A stretch of DNA of 64,000 nt from an uncultured Gammaproteobacteria bacterium (GCA_963798595.1 CAWCTM010000010.1:352-64351); one strand, 5' to 3'; positions 40,296 to 50,532 are shown, counted from the first letter of the stretch. Made by a program: numbers and translations. The notes: generated from the sequence alone by a model not told the origin.

Positions 40296-40485
40296 AGTGC
40301 TAGGGTTCTACTGCGCACCGCGCTCGCGTCGCTTAGCGCTTACCGCTGGCTTTGCCTTATGTCGGCTAACAGCCGATTGCTTCTTTCTTTGGGCCGAAGG
40401 CCATGCGAGACTCCTCCGTTTGGAATCATACTTGGAAACTCCATGGCTTTAGATCGCGAGCGGTCCAACAACATGGGGGCGGCCA

Positions 40486-41523
40486 ATGACTGATCTAATG
40501 GGAGTAAGTGGGAGCAAGCGCTTACGATCGCTTTCGTTTGTGACGAGCACCGCGCTCGCGATCGGCCTGGTCACCTCGCTACCCGCCAACTCCTTCGCGG
40601 ATGAAAACGGTATCAGCTTCTGGCTTCCGGGGTTGTTCGGTAGTCTCGCCGCAGTGTCCCAGCAGCCCGGTTGGGCGCTTACGGTCATCAATTACTATGA
40701 CTCCGTGCGAGCGAGCGGCGCCGTCGCTGCTTCACGCGAAATCACGATTGGGCGGTTTAACCCGACAGTCAACGTCAACCTCAACGTCAATGTGCACGCC
40801 AACATTGATGCCGGGCTCATTATTCCCAGCTATGTGTTCGCGACGCCGGTGTTCGGCGGTCAATTAACCCTGGGTATGATGGGACTTGTCGAGAGCAACA
40901 GCACCAATCTGAACGGCACACTTACGCTCGATTCAGGGCCGCTTGCCATTATGCGGCAGGGAAGTATCAGCCAAACAACGACAGGCTTTGGAGATTTGTA
41001 CCCGCAGGCCATTATTCGCTGGAACAATGGCGTTCACAACTGGATGGTCTACGGAACGGGCGATATCCCTGTCGGCGATTATAGTTCGACAAACCTCGCG
41101 AATATTGGCATCGGTCACGGCGCCGTCGACGGCGGCGGAGGCTATACATACTTTAATCCAAAGACCGGCCACGAATGATCGGCAGTGACTGGTTTTACTT
41201 ACAACCTCATCAACCCAAGCACGAACTACCAAAACGGCGTCGACTGGCATCTAGACTGGGGAGCTTCCCAATTCTTATCAAAGCAGTTTCTTGTGGGCGC
41301 AGTCGGCTACTTTTATCAGCAGATCAGCCCCGACAGCGGGTGTGCGCTACAATTGTGCCCCTTCGAATCTGGTGTCATCGGTGTTGGTCCGCAGATCGGG
41401 TACATCATTCCGTTGTGATCGGTGCAGGCCTATGTAAACGCAAAAGCTTATTACGAGTTCGATGCGCATGACCGGCCGTCGGGCTGGACTCGTCCTCCCG
41501 ATCGGCAGTCGCTGATCTCCTGA
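40486..41523 (+). pseudogene. outer-membrane transporter (MetA-pathway / PF13557-like), frameshifted paralogue of 12397-13473
   Basis: FADENGISFWLPGLFGSLAAVSQQPGW...GHE-stop (41176). It continues in other frames with TGFTYNLINPSTNYQNGVDWHLDWGASQFLSKQFLVGAVGYFYQQ, then QAYVNAKAYYEFDAHDRPSGW. Confidence 0.75.
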
Positions 41524-41761
41524 TATTTGGTGGTGCAGCCGCCTAAGAATATAAGAAGAAAGAAAAACGCGATGAACGGACGCATTTCCCCTTACCCCTG
41601 CACCCATCCGGAGGTGTGGCCGAACGTGGTGCCCTCAGTTCAGCATGGGGCTTCGCGACGCGCCAAGCCGCCTCGGGGCTTCGCGACGCGCTAGGCCGGC
41701 TCCACTTTAACATAACCGCTGAGAGGTGCCGCCGCGAGCAAATAGCGGCCAGTATGCCTGG

Positions 41762-42045
41762 TTACATTTGCGCTGGGCGCAATTTTAGCTGCGATAGGCC
41801 CGCCACAACGTTCACCGCCATCGAACCTTCGAGCGATACGGGTTGCAGAGCAACGCTGCGATTCGAACCCCCGACCAGTACGTTGGCGCCCACGCCAACT
41901 CCCAAACCGATATCACCAGAGGCGCCGACATATTCCCCCGCGAGCGCGCCGTGGGGTATTCCTGCCGCCGAGCCGAAGACGGCCCAAGCGAATCTGCCGC
42001 CGCCGCAAAACGCGGGCGCGTTGTTGATGCCGAGGTCGAATACAA
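41762..42045 (-). pseudogene. DUF992 C-terminal fragment
   Basis: The minus strand reads GGGRFAWAVFGSAAGIPHGALAGEYVGASGDIGLGVGVGANVLVGGSNRSVALQPVSLEGSMAVNVVAGLSQLKLRPAQM-stop. The N-terminal half is missing. Compare 35286-35783. Confidence 0.6.
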
Positions 42046-42560
42046 GGCAGCCCTAAGGCTAAGTCCACAATATGCGCCCGCAGCCGCCAATCTCGCCGAA
42101 CTTTACCGGAGGCTCGGGCGGGAAACTGATGCCGAGGCAGTGCTACGAGCCGGCTTAGCTGCATCCCCCCAAGATGCCGGCCTCCATTATGCGCTCGGTT
42201 TAACTCTCGTGCGTTTTAAAAGAATTCACGGCACTTGGTGAGTTAGGTCGCGCTGCCGAAATCGCTCTAGGACAAGCGAGATACACTTATGTTTACGCAG
42301 TTGCGTTAAATTCAGCCGGCCGCCACCGCGAGGCTATGTCGCAACTCACCGCGAATTTAGCTCGGCATCCGAATGATCGCGACACGTGTTGGCGCTGATC
42401 TCATTTAGCCGCGATGCTGGCGACGGGTCTAGAGCGCTCAAGTATGCGGAGCAATTGGCTCAAATCGCGCCGCAGGATCGCGGATTGGCTGCACTTATTG
42501 GAGAGCTTCGGCGGCAGGCAGAAAAGCCGAGCGCGCACTGATCTCAGTGATCGAGGCGGC
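42035..42560 (+). pseudogene. TPR-repeat protein fragment(s)
   Basis: AEVEYKAALRLSPQYAPAAANLAELYRRLGRETDAEAVLRAGLAASPQDAGLHYALGLTLV, followed by stops and further TPR-like text in other frames. No plausible N-terminus. Confidence 0.4.
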
Positions 42561-42918
42561 GCTAATTGCAGACTTTTCCCTGCAGCAGCAGCCAAAATTT
42601 GCTGCGGTGCATGAGTTTGCTGCTGGTCCATTACGACATTACGCGGCGACGCATCAATTTGGTCGCTAACGGAGCGAAGCGGACGTTAAGCCGGGTTTAC
42701 GAGTACACGGCCTGGTTTGGCCCACACAGCGCAGACACAACAACAGGCGCAACTACGAGCGTGCTTGTCAGAAAACGCTGGCGCGGAATTCATCAGGCAG
42801 CACACCGTTGCGAACGGAACCAATTTATTGCGCTCGCCGACAGCGGCTCGCGGCTACTTCCACGGGCTAATCCGACCCATTACGATACTTCCTCGCGGAT
42901 AATCTTCGAGAGGAATTG

Positions 42919-43447
42919 ATGAAAACCTATTTTGTGACGCTGGCTGCCGTGATCGCTGTCGGCGCTGCGACTGGGGCGAACGCCGCCGAAATCGTTACCA
43001 TGAATGCGATTGACGCCAATGGCGTTGGCAAGGAAATCGTCACAATTAGCCTATCCGACAGCGACGGAGGCTTACGAATTTCGCCACAAGTTGCCGGGCT
43101 ACCACCGGGTGATCATGGTTTTCATGTCCACGTAGATCCAGACTGTGGCCCCGGCGCTGGGCCGAACGGCCAGCCAGCAGCAGGCATGGCGGCGGGCGAC
43201 CATTTCGATCCGGCCCACACCGGCAAACATCTCGGCCCCGATGGCGACGGTCACAAGGGCGATCTTACAGTTCTGACCGTTGATGCTAGTGGCAACGCCA
43301 CGACCGCCGCCGTAGCACCGCATCTAAACTTTGGCCGACGTGAAGGGGCACTCAATCATGATCCACGCAGGTGGCGATAATTACTCTGACCAGCCCGCTC
43401 CTTTAGGTGGCGGCGGTGCGCGCATCGCCTGTGGCGTGGTAAAATAA
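42919..43447 (+). pseudogene. sodC: periplasmic Cu,Zn superoxide dismutase with C-terminal frameshift
   Basis: Signal peptide, GDHGFHVHVDPDCG...AAGDHFDP...GHKGDL. Near 43325 the frame changes. The conserved end [38 protein letters not shown]-stop (43445-43447) lies in the +1 frame. Confidence 0.8.
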
Positions 43448-43503
43448 AAGCTGGCTGTTCGCCGCGCGGCGACCGATTCATCCAGCGTTGGCCGGAGACA
43501 ACG

Positions 43504-44415
43504 ATGAAAGCAGTGCGATTACATGAATACGGCGGCCCCGAAAAGCTTCAGTACGAGGATGGTGTTCCTGACCCAAGTCTCCAACCGGACTCGATCCTGA
43601 TAAAAACGGTTGCCGCAAGCATCAATCCCATCGATTGGAAGGTTCGCTCGGGCGCAAGACAGAAGGATTTTCCCTTGCAATTGCCCGCCATCCTCGGGCG
43701 GGACGTTAGTGGCGTGGTGAGCGAGGTAGGAGCCACCGTCACGAACATCAAACCGGGTGACCGTGTGGTGGCGTTTTCCAATGCGACGTATGCCGAATTC
43801 GTCGCGGTGGCCGCGAGCTCGGTAACGCATGTGCCTGATGGCTTGGAGCTGGCTGATAGCGCAGCCGTGCCCCTGATTGTTTTGACCGGCGATCAACTGG
43901 TGCGTCAGGGGGCAGGCGTGCAGTCTGGGCAGACAGTGGTAGTGACAGGTGCGCTAGGCAACTTTGGACGCGCTGCCGTTCACACAGCAAAGAAAATGGG
44001 AGCGCGGGTCATCGCGGGGGTTCGCAAGGACCAATTGAGTGATGCGCGTTCGCTTGGAGTCGCGGATGTTGTGGCACTCGATGACAATGCGGCAATCGAC
44101 AAACTCGCTGTCGATGCGATAGCAGATACAGTGGGCGGCGAAGTAGGGGCTAAGCTTCTGGCCAAAGTGAAAGCGGGGAGGCCGATTTGGGTATGCCTCT
44201 GTCCTGCCGGAAAATGCCGCCGCCAGCTATCCGCAAGTAAAGGTCACCCGCGTATTCGCCCAGCCTGACCCTTCCAAGGTGCGGGAGTTTCTGGATGACA
44301 TTCGCGATGGCCGATTTGTTCTGCCCATGGGTCGCCGCCTGCCATTGAAGGACGCGGCCGAGGGCATCGCCTCGGTGAGAAAGGCGGCATCGGAAAAATC
44401 CTTCTGTTCGTCTAG
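43504..44415 (+). pseudogene. zinc-type (MDR) NADPH:quinone oxidoreductase with two C-terminal frameshifts
   Basis: MKAVRLHEYGGPEKLQYEDGVPDP...INPIDWKVRSG...LPAILGRDVSGVV. Frame breaks occur near 44175 and 44370. The natural end ...GEKGGIGKILLFV-stop at 44413-44415 is in a third frame. Confidence 0.75.
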
Positions 44416-44445
44416 TCCATATGACCTCGCGTCTTTTGCCGCCGC

Positions 44446-44559
44446 GGCAGATAACCGCCTCGTGCGGACGAGCGATCTATTTACTCAATCAGCGGAATTG
44501 CGGGCAGGGAGCGCGATATTGGACCAGGGTCCAATGGGGCCTAGGCACTTTTCCTGACA
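44446..44559 (+). repeat. about 110-nt intergenic repeat, copy 2 (intact palindrome)
   Basis: See 39403-39511. It lies 50-160 nt upstream of the omp25-like gene at 44608. Confidence 0.8.
44518..44535. promoter_or_regulatory. palindromic motif ATTGGACCAGGGTCCAAT
   Basis: Perfect arms. Lies 73 bp upstream of the ATG at 44608. Confidence 0.6.
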
Positions 44560-44607
44560 GTGTCGTGTCCGTTGCGGTTGTAACGGCGTTGAACGATAGG
44601 CGCAGCC

Positions 44608-45324
44608 ATGTTTAGAACAATGACCCTCGCTGTAGGTGCTGTTGCGCTACAGCTTGGCTGCGGTTTTGCTTACGCAGCGGACCTGGAACCGGTACCGGCA
44701 TACGCAGCGCCACCAATTGCCGCGTACAACTGGACTGGCATTTACCTAGGCGCCAACGGCGGATACGCGTTCGGCCAGTCCACGCCGATGGGCCTCTTCA
44801 CCGATAGTTTTTCTGCGTTCAGCATCAACGCGAACGGCTGGCTCGCCGGTGCGACCGTAGGGGCGCAAATCCAGAGCGGCCATGTCGTTATGGGCCTCGA
44901 AGGGGATATCGACTGGATGAATCTCAACGGCTCTTCCCGTGGCACGATTAATTTTAACGGCGCGCCTATCGGCACGGCCACGCTTTCCTCAAGCGTTTCA
45001 GCATTCGGCACTCTGAGGCCGCGTGTCGGTTACGCCATCAATAATTGGCTCATCTTTGCGACGGCCGGCTTGGCCTTTACGGACGAAAGTTCGAACCTCA
45101 CCGGTCCGATCGGGTTCGTTTGTGGCTCCGGCGCTGCCGGCAGTCCGCCGTGCAGCTCTCTGTCGAGTTTCCATCTCGGCTTGTCTGCAGGTGGAGGCGT
45201 CGAATATGGAATCACGCAAAACGTCAGCGCAAGGCTCGAATATTTGTGGATCGGTGCCGGGACGTTCAACACACTCACTGAAAACATCGTTCGGGGAGGC
45301 GTGAATTTCCGTTTTGGCATGTGA
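44608..45324 (+). CDS. Omp25/Omp31-family outer-membrane beta-barrel protein
   Basis: Signal peptide ...GFAYAADLEP, then YNWTGIYLGANGGYAFG...GLEGDIDW...RVGYAINNWLIFATAGLAF...GGGVEYG...RLEYLWI...GGVNFRFGM. Confidence 0.85.
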   Translation: MFRTMTLAVGAVALQLGCGFAYAADLEPVPAYAAPPIAAYNWTGIYLGANGGYAFGQSTPMGLFTDSFSAFSINANGWLAGATVGAQIQSGHVVMGLEGDIDWMNLNGSSRGTINFNGAPIGTATLSSSVSAFGTLRPRVGYAINNWLIFATAGLAFTDESSNLTGPIGFVCGSGAAGSPPCSSLSSFHLGLSAGGGVEYGITQNVSARLEYLWIGAGTFNTLTENIVRGGVNFRFGM

Positions 45325-45395
45325 GGCGGCTAAATACCGTGCCGAGTCGGATGCACGCGTGAGGCCTCACTCACAGCAACCCAATCTCGACGGGC

Positions 45396-45413
45396 TGTGG
45401 ACCACAGTTCAAT
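45396..45413. promoter_or_regulatory. degenerate palindromic motif TGTGGACCACAGTTCAAT
   Basis: Two or three mismatches to the consensus. The extended match CCACAGT.CAATAGGC is shared with 50255-50272. Confidence 0.35.
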
Positions 45414-45491
45414 AGGCTCGGTTTTGCCGCTGACGATGGATCTGGTTTGCACTGACGGACGTGTGATTTGTGTAAGCGTCTCAGGGGCCGA

Positions 45492-45886
45492 ATGGATCGC
45501 AGCCGATTGATAGCACCGGACCAAAAGAGGGCATTTCGTGATCTGTTGTCGGCGGTTAATCCGCTCGGTGCTTCGCGCGGCTCGATGCTCTTACTGTATG
45601 TATCGGCCTTTCTCACGCCCTTGAGAGGACAAATCCGTCGGGGCTACGCGCGGGAGTTGAACATCAATCGTTTTTTTAATGAGCCCGTACATCCGTAGTA
45701 TTGGTGATCGGGCGCGCGAGGGGGCCAGGCTTTCGATTAGTCACCGCAAGACGAATCTACAACTCACGGACGGAAACGGCGATCTTCTTGACGGGTAAGG
45801 GCCATACGACCGCGCAGGTGTATCGAAATTTACGACTAGCCGAGTGGATTTCCGCTGGAGCCACGCTGAGGCGCCACAGGATTTGA
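45492..45886 (+). pseudogene. winged-helix (MarR-like) protein, decayed paralogue of 6344-6712
   Basis: RLIAPDQKRAFRDLLSAVNPL...GYARELNINRFF, then a frame change to ...GFRLVTARRIYNSRTETAIFLTGKGHTTAQVYRNLRL. There is an internal deletion relative to the intact copy. Confidence 0.65.
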
Positions 45887-45888
45887 CG

Positions 45889-45906
45889 GTTGGACCACGG
45901 TCCAAT
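45889..45906. promoter_or_regulatory. palindromic motif GTTGGACCACGGTCCAAT
   Basis: Lies 85 bp upstream of the ATG at 45991 of the decayed omp gene. Confidence 0.55.
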
Positions 45907-45990
45907 ATGCGTGGGTCGCTTTAGGCTTAAAGATACGCGTTGGCAAGTCACGGGCAAACCGATTCTGACAGTTGGGACGGGGAAAAGCGG

Positions 45991-46762
45991 ATGAAGTGCA
46001 AAGCTATGCGTATTTTGCTCGTGGGAGCATCCATTCACTGCGGGCGGAGGAGCGTTCGCGGCCTACCTGCCGCCGCCGCCTCCGCCTCGCGCGCCGGCGG
46101 CCTACATTCCGGCTCCCCCGCCTGTCTATAACTGGACCGGATTATATATCGGCCCCAACATTGGATGGGGCTGGAACACCGTTAGCGTCACCGACAGCTT
46201 CGGTCTGAATTACAATAATTCGACCAACCAAGGCCAATTCGCCGGCGGCGGCCAGGTCGGGTTTAACTACCAATTCTGGGGCGGCGTGCTTCTCGGCGTC
46301 GAGGCTGACTTCGACTGGCTTCCCAATGCCAGCAACAGTAACGGAACTATTGTGCCAGCGACTGGCGGTAATACCATTCAGGTGACCGGCAACAACCGGT
46401 AGCTGACCGATGTGACCGGCCGCCTCGGTTATGGTTTTGATCGTGTGCTTGTGTATGGCAAGGGCGGTTGGGCCTGGGTCGGGAGTAGCAACAATACGGT
46501 TACCAACGCGACGACGGGCGCATCGTTTACCGGGGCCGGAAGCACCGGCAACGACGGCTGGGTCGCCGGTGCGGGTGTTGAGTGGGCTTTTTGGGGTAAC
46601 CTGTCGGCGAGAGTCGAATACGATTATATAAAGCTGAACAACACCAGCTTTACTGTTCCGGCAGGGACGGCTGGCTTCCTCGTCAACGACACCTTCAACG
46701 TCAGCAATCGCTCTATAAACATCATCCAAGTTGGGGTGAATTATAAGTTCGGGCCTTGGTAA
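45991..46762 (+). pseudogene. Omp25/Omp31-family protein with leader frameshift and TGG-to-TAG nonsense codon
   Basis: The leader MKCKAMRILLVGAS is in frame 1. The mature part AAYLPPPPPPRAPAAYIPAPPPVYNWTGLYIGPNIGWGW... is in frame 2. In-frame TAG at 46400-46402 (NNR-stop-LTDVTGRLGYGFDRVLVYGKGGW), where the intact paralogue has NNRWLT. Confidence 0.85.
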
Positions 46763-46815
46763 GACCAAGCTCGAAAGCGAATCCCGGTCGACGGGCTTCA
46801 ATTCAATCTCGGACT

Positions 46816-48112
46816 TGGCAATTGACTATTAAGCCGGAGGGCCTAGGGATAGTCCTAGGCATACGCCTATGTCCGACACGTTTTCGAAAGTCGAAGTGAT
46901 CACTGGGGTCGCTCGCCGACGCCGGTTTCCAATGGAACAGAAGCTTGCGGTCGTCGCCGAGACGATGCAGCCGGGCATGTCGATCAGCTATGTTGCTCGC
47001 CAGCACGGGCTTTCACCGAGCCTGGTGTTCCGATGGAGGCGGCTGATGAGCGAAGGCGGCAAGGAGGCGATCCGCGCCGACGAGGATGTCGTGCCCGCGT
47101 CCGAAGCCCGCAAGCTCGAAGAGCGGGTTCGGGAGCTGGAGCGCCTGCTCGGTCGCAAGACCATGGAAGTCGAGATCTTGAAGGAAGCACTCGACCTTGC
47201 ACGGGTAAAAAAACCGATCTTGCTGTCACGATTGCCGACGCGGGAGATTCCCCATGAAGACGATTGCCGAGACCCTCGAGGTTGCCCGCTCCAACATCAT
47301 TGAACGGGAGAAGGGAGATTGCCGGTCACGGGGACCACAGATACGGCCGGGCGATGTGGAATTGGCCGCCGATATTCGTCAGCTCGTCGACCAGCGGCCG
47401 ACCTACGGCTATAGGCGGATCGCCGCGCTCCTCAAGCGCGAGCGGCGATCCGCCGGCGCAGGAGCCTGTCAACGCCAAGCGGGTCTATCGTCTGATGCGC
47501 AAACACGGGCTGCTCCTGCAGCGCCATACCGGACGGAGACGCCCCCGCCAACATGATGGCCAGGTGATCGCGATCCGGTCAAACATCCGCTGGTGCTCTG
47601 ACGCGCTGGAGTTCACCTGCTGGAATGGCGAGGTTATCCGCGTGGCCTTCGCGCTCGACTGTCATGATCGCGAGGTGATCGGGTGGCTGGCGACCACCGG
47701 CGGCATCTCAGGCGAGATGATCCGGGACATGATGGTTCAGTGCGTGGAGCGCCGCTTTGGCACCTTCCGTGCACCGCATCGCGTGCAGTGGCTGACGGAC
47801 AATGGATCGATCTTCGCGGCTCACAAGACGATCGAGATCGCGGTGGCGCTAAATCTCGAACCCTGCTTCACCCCCGTCGAGAGCCCAGAAAGCAATGGCA
47901 TGGCCGAAGCCTTCGTCAAAACCTTCAAGCGCGATTATGTCCGCGTTGCTGCGCTTCCTGACGCTGGCACCGCGCTCGCCCTGATCGAAACCTGGATGGA
48001 GGATTACAACACCGTTCACCCACACTCGCGACTAGGCTACCGTTCACCGCGCGAGTACATCGCTACCCAATCGCAACACGTCCGCGTGTCCGGTCTAATA
48101 GGGTCAACTCCA
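46816..48112 (+). mobile_element. IS3-family insertion sequence (1297 bp), transposase defective
   Basis: Imperfect terminal inverted repeats with TG...CA ends: TGGCAATTGACTATTAAGCCGGA (46816-) versus the reverse complement of the right end, TGGAGTTGACCCTATTAGACCGGA (-48112). orfA/orfB layout with an A7 run at 47207-47213. No target duplication is visible (ACT versus AAG). Confidence 0.75.
46869..47303 (+). CDS. IS3-family transposase OrfA
   Basis: HTH part RRRRFPMEQKLAVVAETMQPGMSISYVARQHGLSPSLVFRWRRLM, plus a leucine-zipper-like KLEERVRELERLLGRKTMEVEILKEAL. Confidence 0.8.
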   Translation: MSDTFSKVEVITGVARRRRFPMEQKLAVVAETMQPGMSISYVARQHGLSPSLVFRWRRLMSEGGKEAIRADEDVVPASEARKLEERVRELERLLGRKTMEVEILKEALDLARVKKPILLSRLPTREIPHEDDCRDPRGCPLQHH

Positions 48113-48205
48113 AAGTCCCCGCAGCAAATTGTTGCTTCGGCGGACGAACGCGTAGGGCAAGATCATCGAGTGACGACGCAGAAGCGTTGGATGACGGTTG
48201 GATAG
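47204..48205 (+). pseudogene. IS3-family transposase OrfB, split over frames
   Basis: The -1 frame from the A7 run hits TGA at 47255-47257. MKTIAETLEVARSN...RPTYGYRRIAALLKRE is in one frame (47254-). VNAKRVYRLMRKHGLLLQRH...WCSDALEF...DCHDREVIGW...WLTDNGS...ESPESNGMAEAFVKTFKRDY is in another (47264-48205), which reads through the right IR. Confidence 0.75.
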
Positions 48206-48280
48206 AGAGGCGCGAACGCTATTGTCCAAAATGCTTCTCCATCGTCGCTCTCATTGCGGACTTTGTGAGGCTACGCGTAA

Positions 48281-49254
48281 ATGGCCGATAGCCTCGATGC
48301 TGTGATGGAGCGGGACGGCCGAGCAGCGCCGAGGGGCATGGTGTTGATCCCGGGCGGTACATTCCGCATGGGCTCGGACAAGCATTATCCAGAGGAAGCG
48401 CCTGCGCCCATCGCGTTATGGTGAGTGACCTCTGTTAAGGCCGAACGCCAATCACAAACCGGCAATTCAAAGAGTTCGTGAAGTCAACTGGTCACAAGAC
48501 CTTCGCGGAGATCCAGCGATCCAGAAAACTATTCCCGGCGCGCTGCCGCACATGATCTTTGCCGGCTCGCTCGTGTTTAGTCCGCCGAGGCACCCCGTCG
48601 ATCTGCGTGATTGGAGCCAATGGTGGATACTGCTTAAAGGCGCGCGCCGCATGGCGCCATCCCGACGGTCCTGGAAGCAGTATCAATATCCTAGACAATC
48701 ATCCGGTCGTGCATGGGACTTACAGCGACGCCCTAGCTTATGCCGAGTGGGTTGGTAAAGAGCTTCCGACCGAAGCCGAGTGGGAATACGCCGCGCGGGG
48801 GTCTGGACGGCGCCGAATTCGCTTGGAGCGATAACTCCACGCCCGAAGGAAAGCACGCAGCAAATACCTGGCAGGGTAATTTTCCGCTGGAAAATCGCTG
48901 CGACGATGGCTTCGACGGCACCTCGCCAGTGCGGGCGTTTCCACCAAAATGGCTACGGCGTGTACGACATGATTGGCAACGTGTGGGAGTGGACAGCCGA
49001 ATTGGCATTCGCCAAAGCACGAAGCTGATGCGAAAAAAGCATGCTGCATTCCAGAAAATCCGCGGGGCTGACGTGAAGAAGATAGTTTCGATCCGCGTCA
49101 GCCCAAAATCAAAATACCGCGAAAGATAATCAAGGGCGGCTCGCATTTATGCGCGCCGAACTACTGCCGCCGTTACCGCCCGGCCGCCCGCCATGCGGAG
49201 CCGGTGGATACATCCACCAGCCATCTCGGCTTCCGATATATCAAAAGACCCTAA
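48281..49254 (+). pseudogene. formylglycine-generating enzyme, multiply frameshifted paralogue of 11052-12137
   Basis: GTFRMGSDKHYPEEAP..., [66 protein letters not shown] and [35 protein letters not shown] lie in different frames with internal stops. Confidence 0.8.
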
Positions 49255-49266
49255 AGGAGAACCACA

Positions 49267-49458
49267 ATGTTTAGTTTCACTCGCGCAATGAAATTCGGGG
49301 CCACTTGCATTGCAGTCCTGGCGCTTTTGCTGGCCGTGTCAATGCCGTCGCAAGCTCAAGAGGGAACGGTCCAGTTGCATATCGTCAAAGCTGGTTTCAT
49401 TATCGGATTTGGTGCACTCGTTTTGACGTGCTTGCCGGATATAAGAAACAGTTGTTGA
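49267..49458 (+). pseudogene. N-terminal fragment of the glycine-rich secreted-protein family
   Basis: Signal peptide plus EGTVQLHIVKAGFIIGFG, then unrelated tail and stop. The C-terminal type of the family is at 10420-10761. Confidence 0.35.
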
Positions 49459-49569
49459 GTTGAGCGGTGACGGGCCGCGGCAGAAGCGAGCGCGGCCCGA
49501 TCGTGATACTTATTGGAGCCGCGCGAAGTTTTGGCGAACGTCGGAGAGCGATTGTCTTGCGGGAAAACC

Positions 49570-49986
49570 TCAATAGCTATAGTCGAATATATCGCCGTAA
49601 CCCAGCATAGTGTCGACGCCAGGATCGATCTGGACCCAGCCGTCTGAAACCGTTCCTGGATCCGGGCCGGTTGGCATGGGAGGTGCGGCGGGTGGCGAAA
49701 TGAACGCTTGATAGTTTTTCATGGCGACTTCATTACCCACGAACACGCACCGGCAATAGTCGGGATCAGCATAGATGAAGTAGCGCATTCCGTCTTTTGT
49801 GCGCGCAACAAACTTTCGTACCGGCAACAGGCGCATTCGTTCGATTTGTGCCTGCGTCTGCGCCGGGCGCATGATGAAGCCCATGTCTTCGAGCCTCATA
49901 TCTGTACCTTCCTGCCCGGCGGCTGCCGCGCCGCCGAGCAGGCTAAGGAGGAGAGTGCCAACAGCGAAGCAACGATATGCGGCCAT
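49570..49986 (-). CDS. secreted hypothetical protein
   Basis: MAAYRCFAVGTLLLSLLGGAAAAGQ leader. 138 aa. No recognisable domain. Confidence 0.5.
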   Translation of the reverse strand: MAAYRCFAVGTLLLSLLGGAAAAGQEGTDMRLEDMGFIMRPAQTQAQIERMRLLPVRKFVARTKDGMRYFIYADPDYCRCVFVGNEVAMKNYQAFISPPAAPPMPTGPDPGTVSDGWVQIDPGVDTMLGYGDIFDYSY

Positions 49987-50254
49987 AATTCTTTCACTTT
50001 GCTCGATCGTGTCTGGCGATGAATGCCGCGACTGCCAACGCGCGGCGATGAGGCGGCACTGTATATAGACGCGATCGCAAACACTAGCATGGCTGCAACG
50101 CGCGCCTCTACGCACTCACACAAAATCCCCGCAAAGACAACGGACTACAAAGAACAACGCTACCTCTGACAGCTCTTCAAAACGTATTGGACTGGTCCAA
50201 CTTACGACTTTCAAACTCGAGCAAACTTCGCGCGCGGCATCCGGGCCGGTAGAC

Positions 50255-50272
50255 GTTGGACCACAGTCCAAT
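50255..50272. promoter_or_regulatory. palindromic motif GTTGGACCACAGTCCAAT
   Basis: Lies in the divergent intergenic region between 49570-49986 (minus strand) and 50533-51594 (plus strand). Confidence 0.5.
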
Positions 50273-50532
50273 AGGCCGAATCAAACTATTCGCTGAAACT
50301 GCTTTGCGGAATTTATCGCCCGCAACGGGAAGGAAATTCAAGCGGCGCCGCCGATGAGCGGCAAAGCCGCTGTGCAAATTTTCTCGCGCTGTGAATGACC
50401 TGTCGAATGACTGCCGCCGTCCGATCACACGCTACGCGGCACAGCCCGGAAGGAACTGAAGGCGCTAACGCTTACACAGGCTCGTCGGCAAAATCGTAAT
50501 AACTGCAACGCTCATCTTTTGGGAAGGGGACT

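Noticed and set aside
39751-40303. Mutually overlapping ORFs of 155 aa (plus strand), 161 aa (minus strand) and 92 aa (minus strand).
   Set aside because: Only the plus frame from 39907 shows a lipobox and DUF900-like text, and it is itself truncated. The others are shadow ORFs.
46142-46801. 219-aa minus-strand ORF.
   Set aside because: It is antisense to the Omp25-like pseudogene, whose plus-strand homology is unambiguous.
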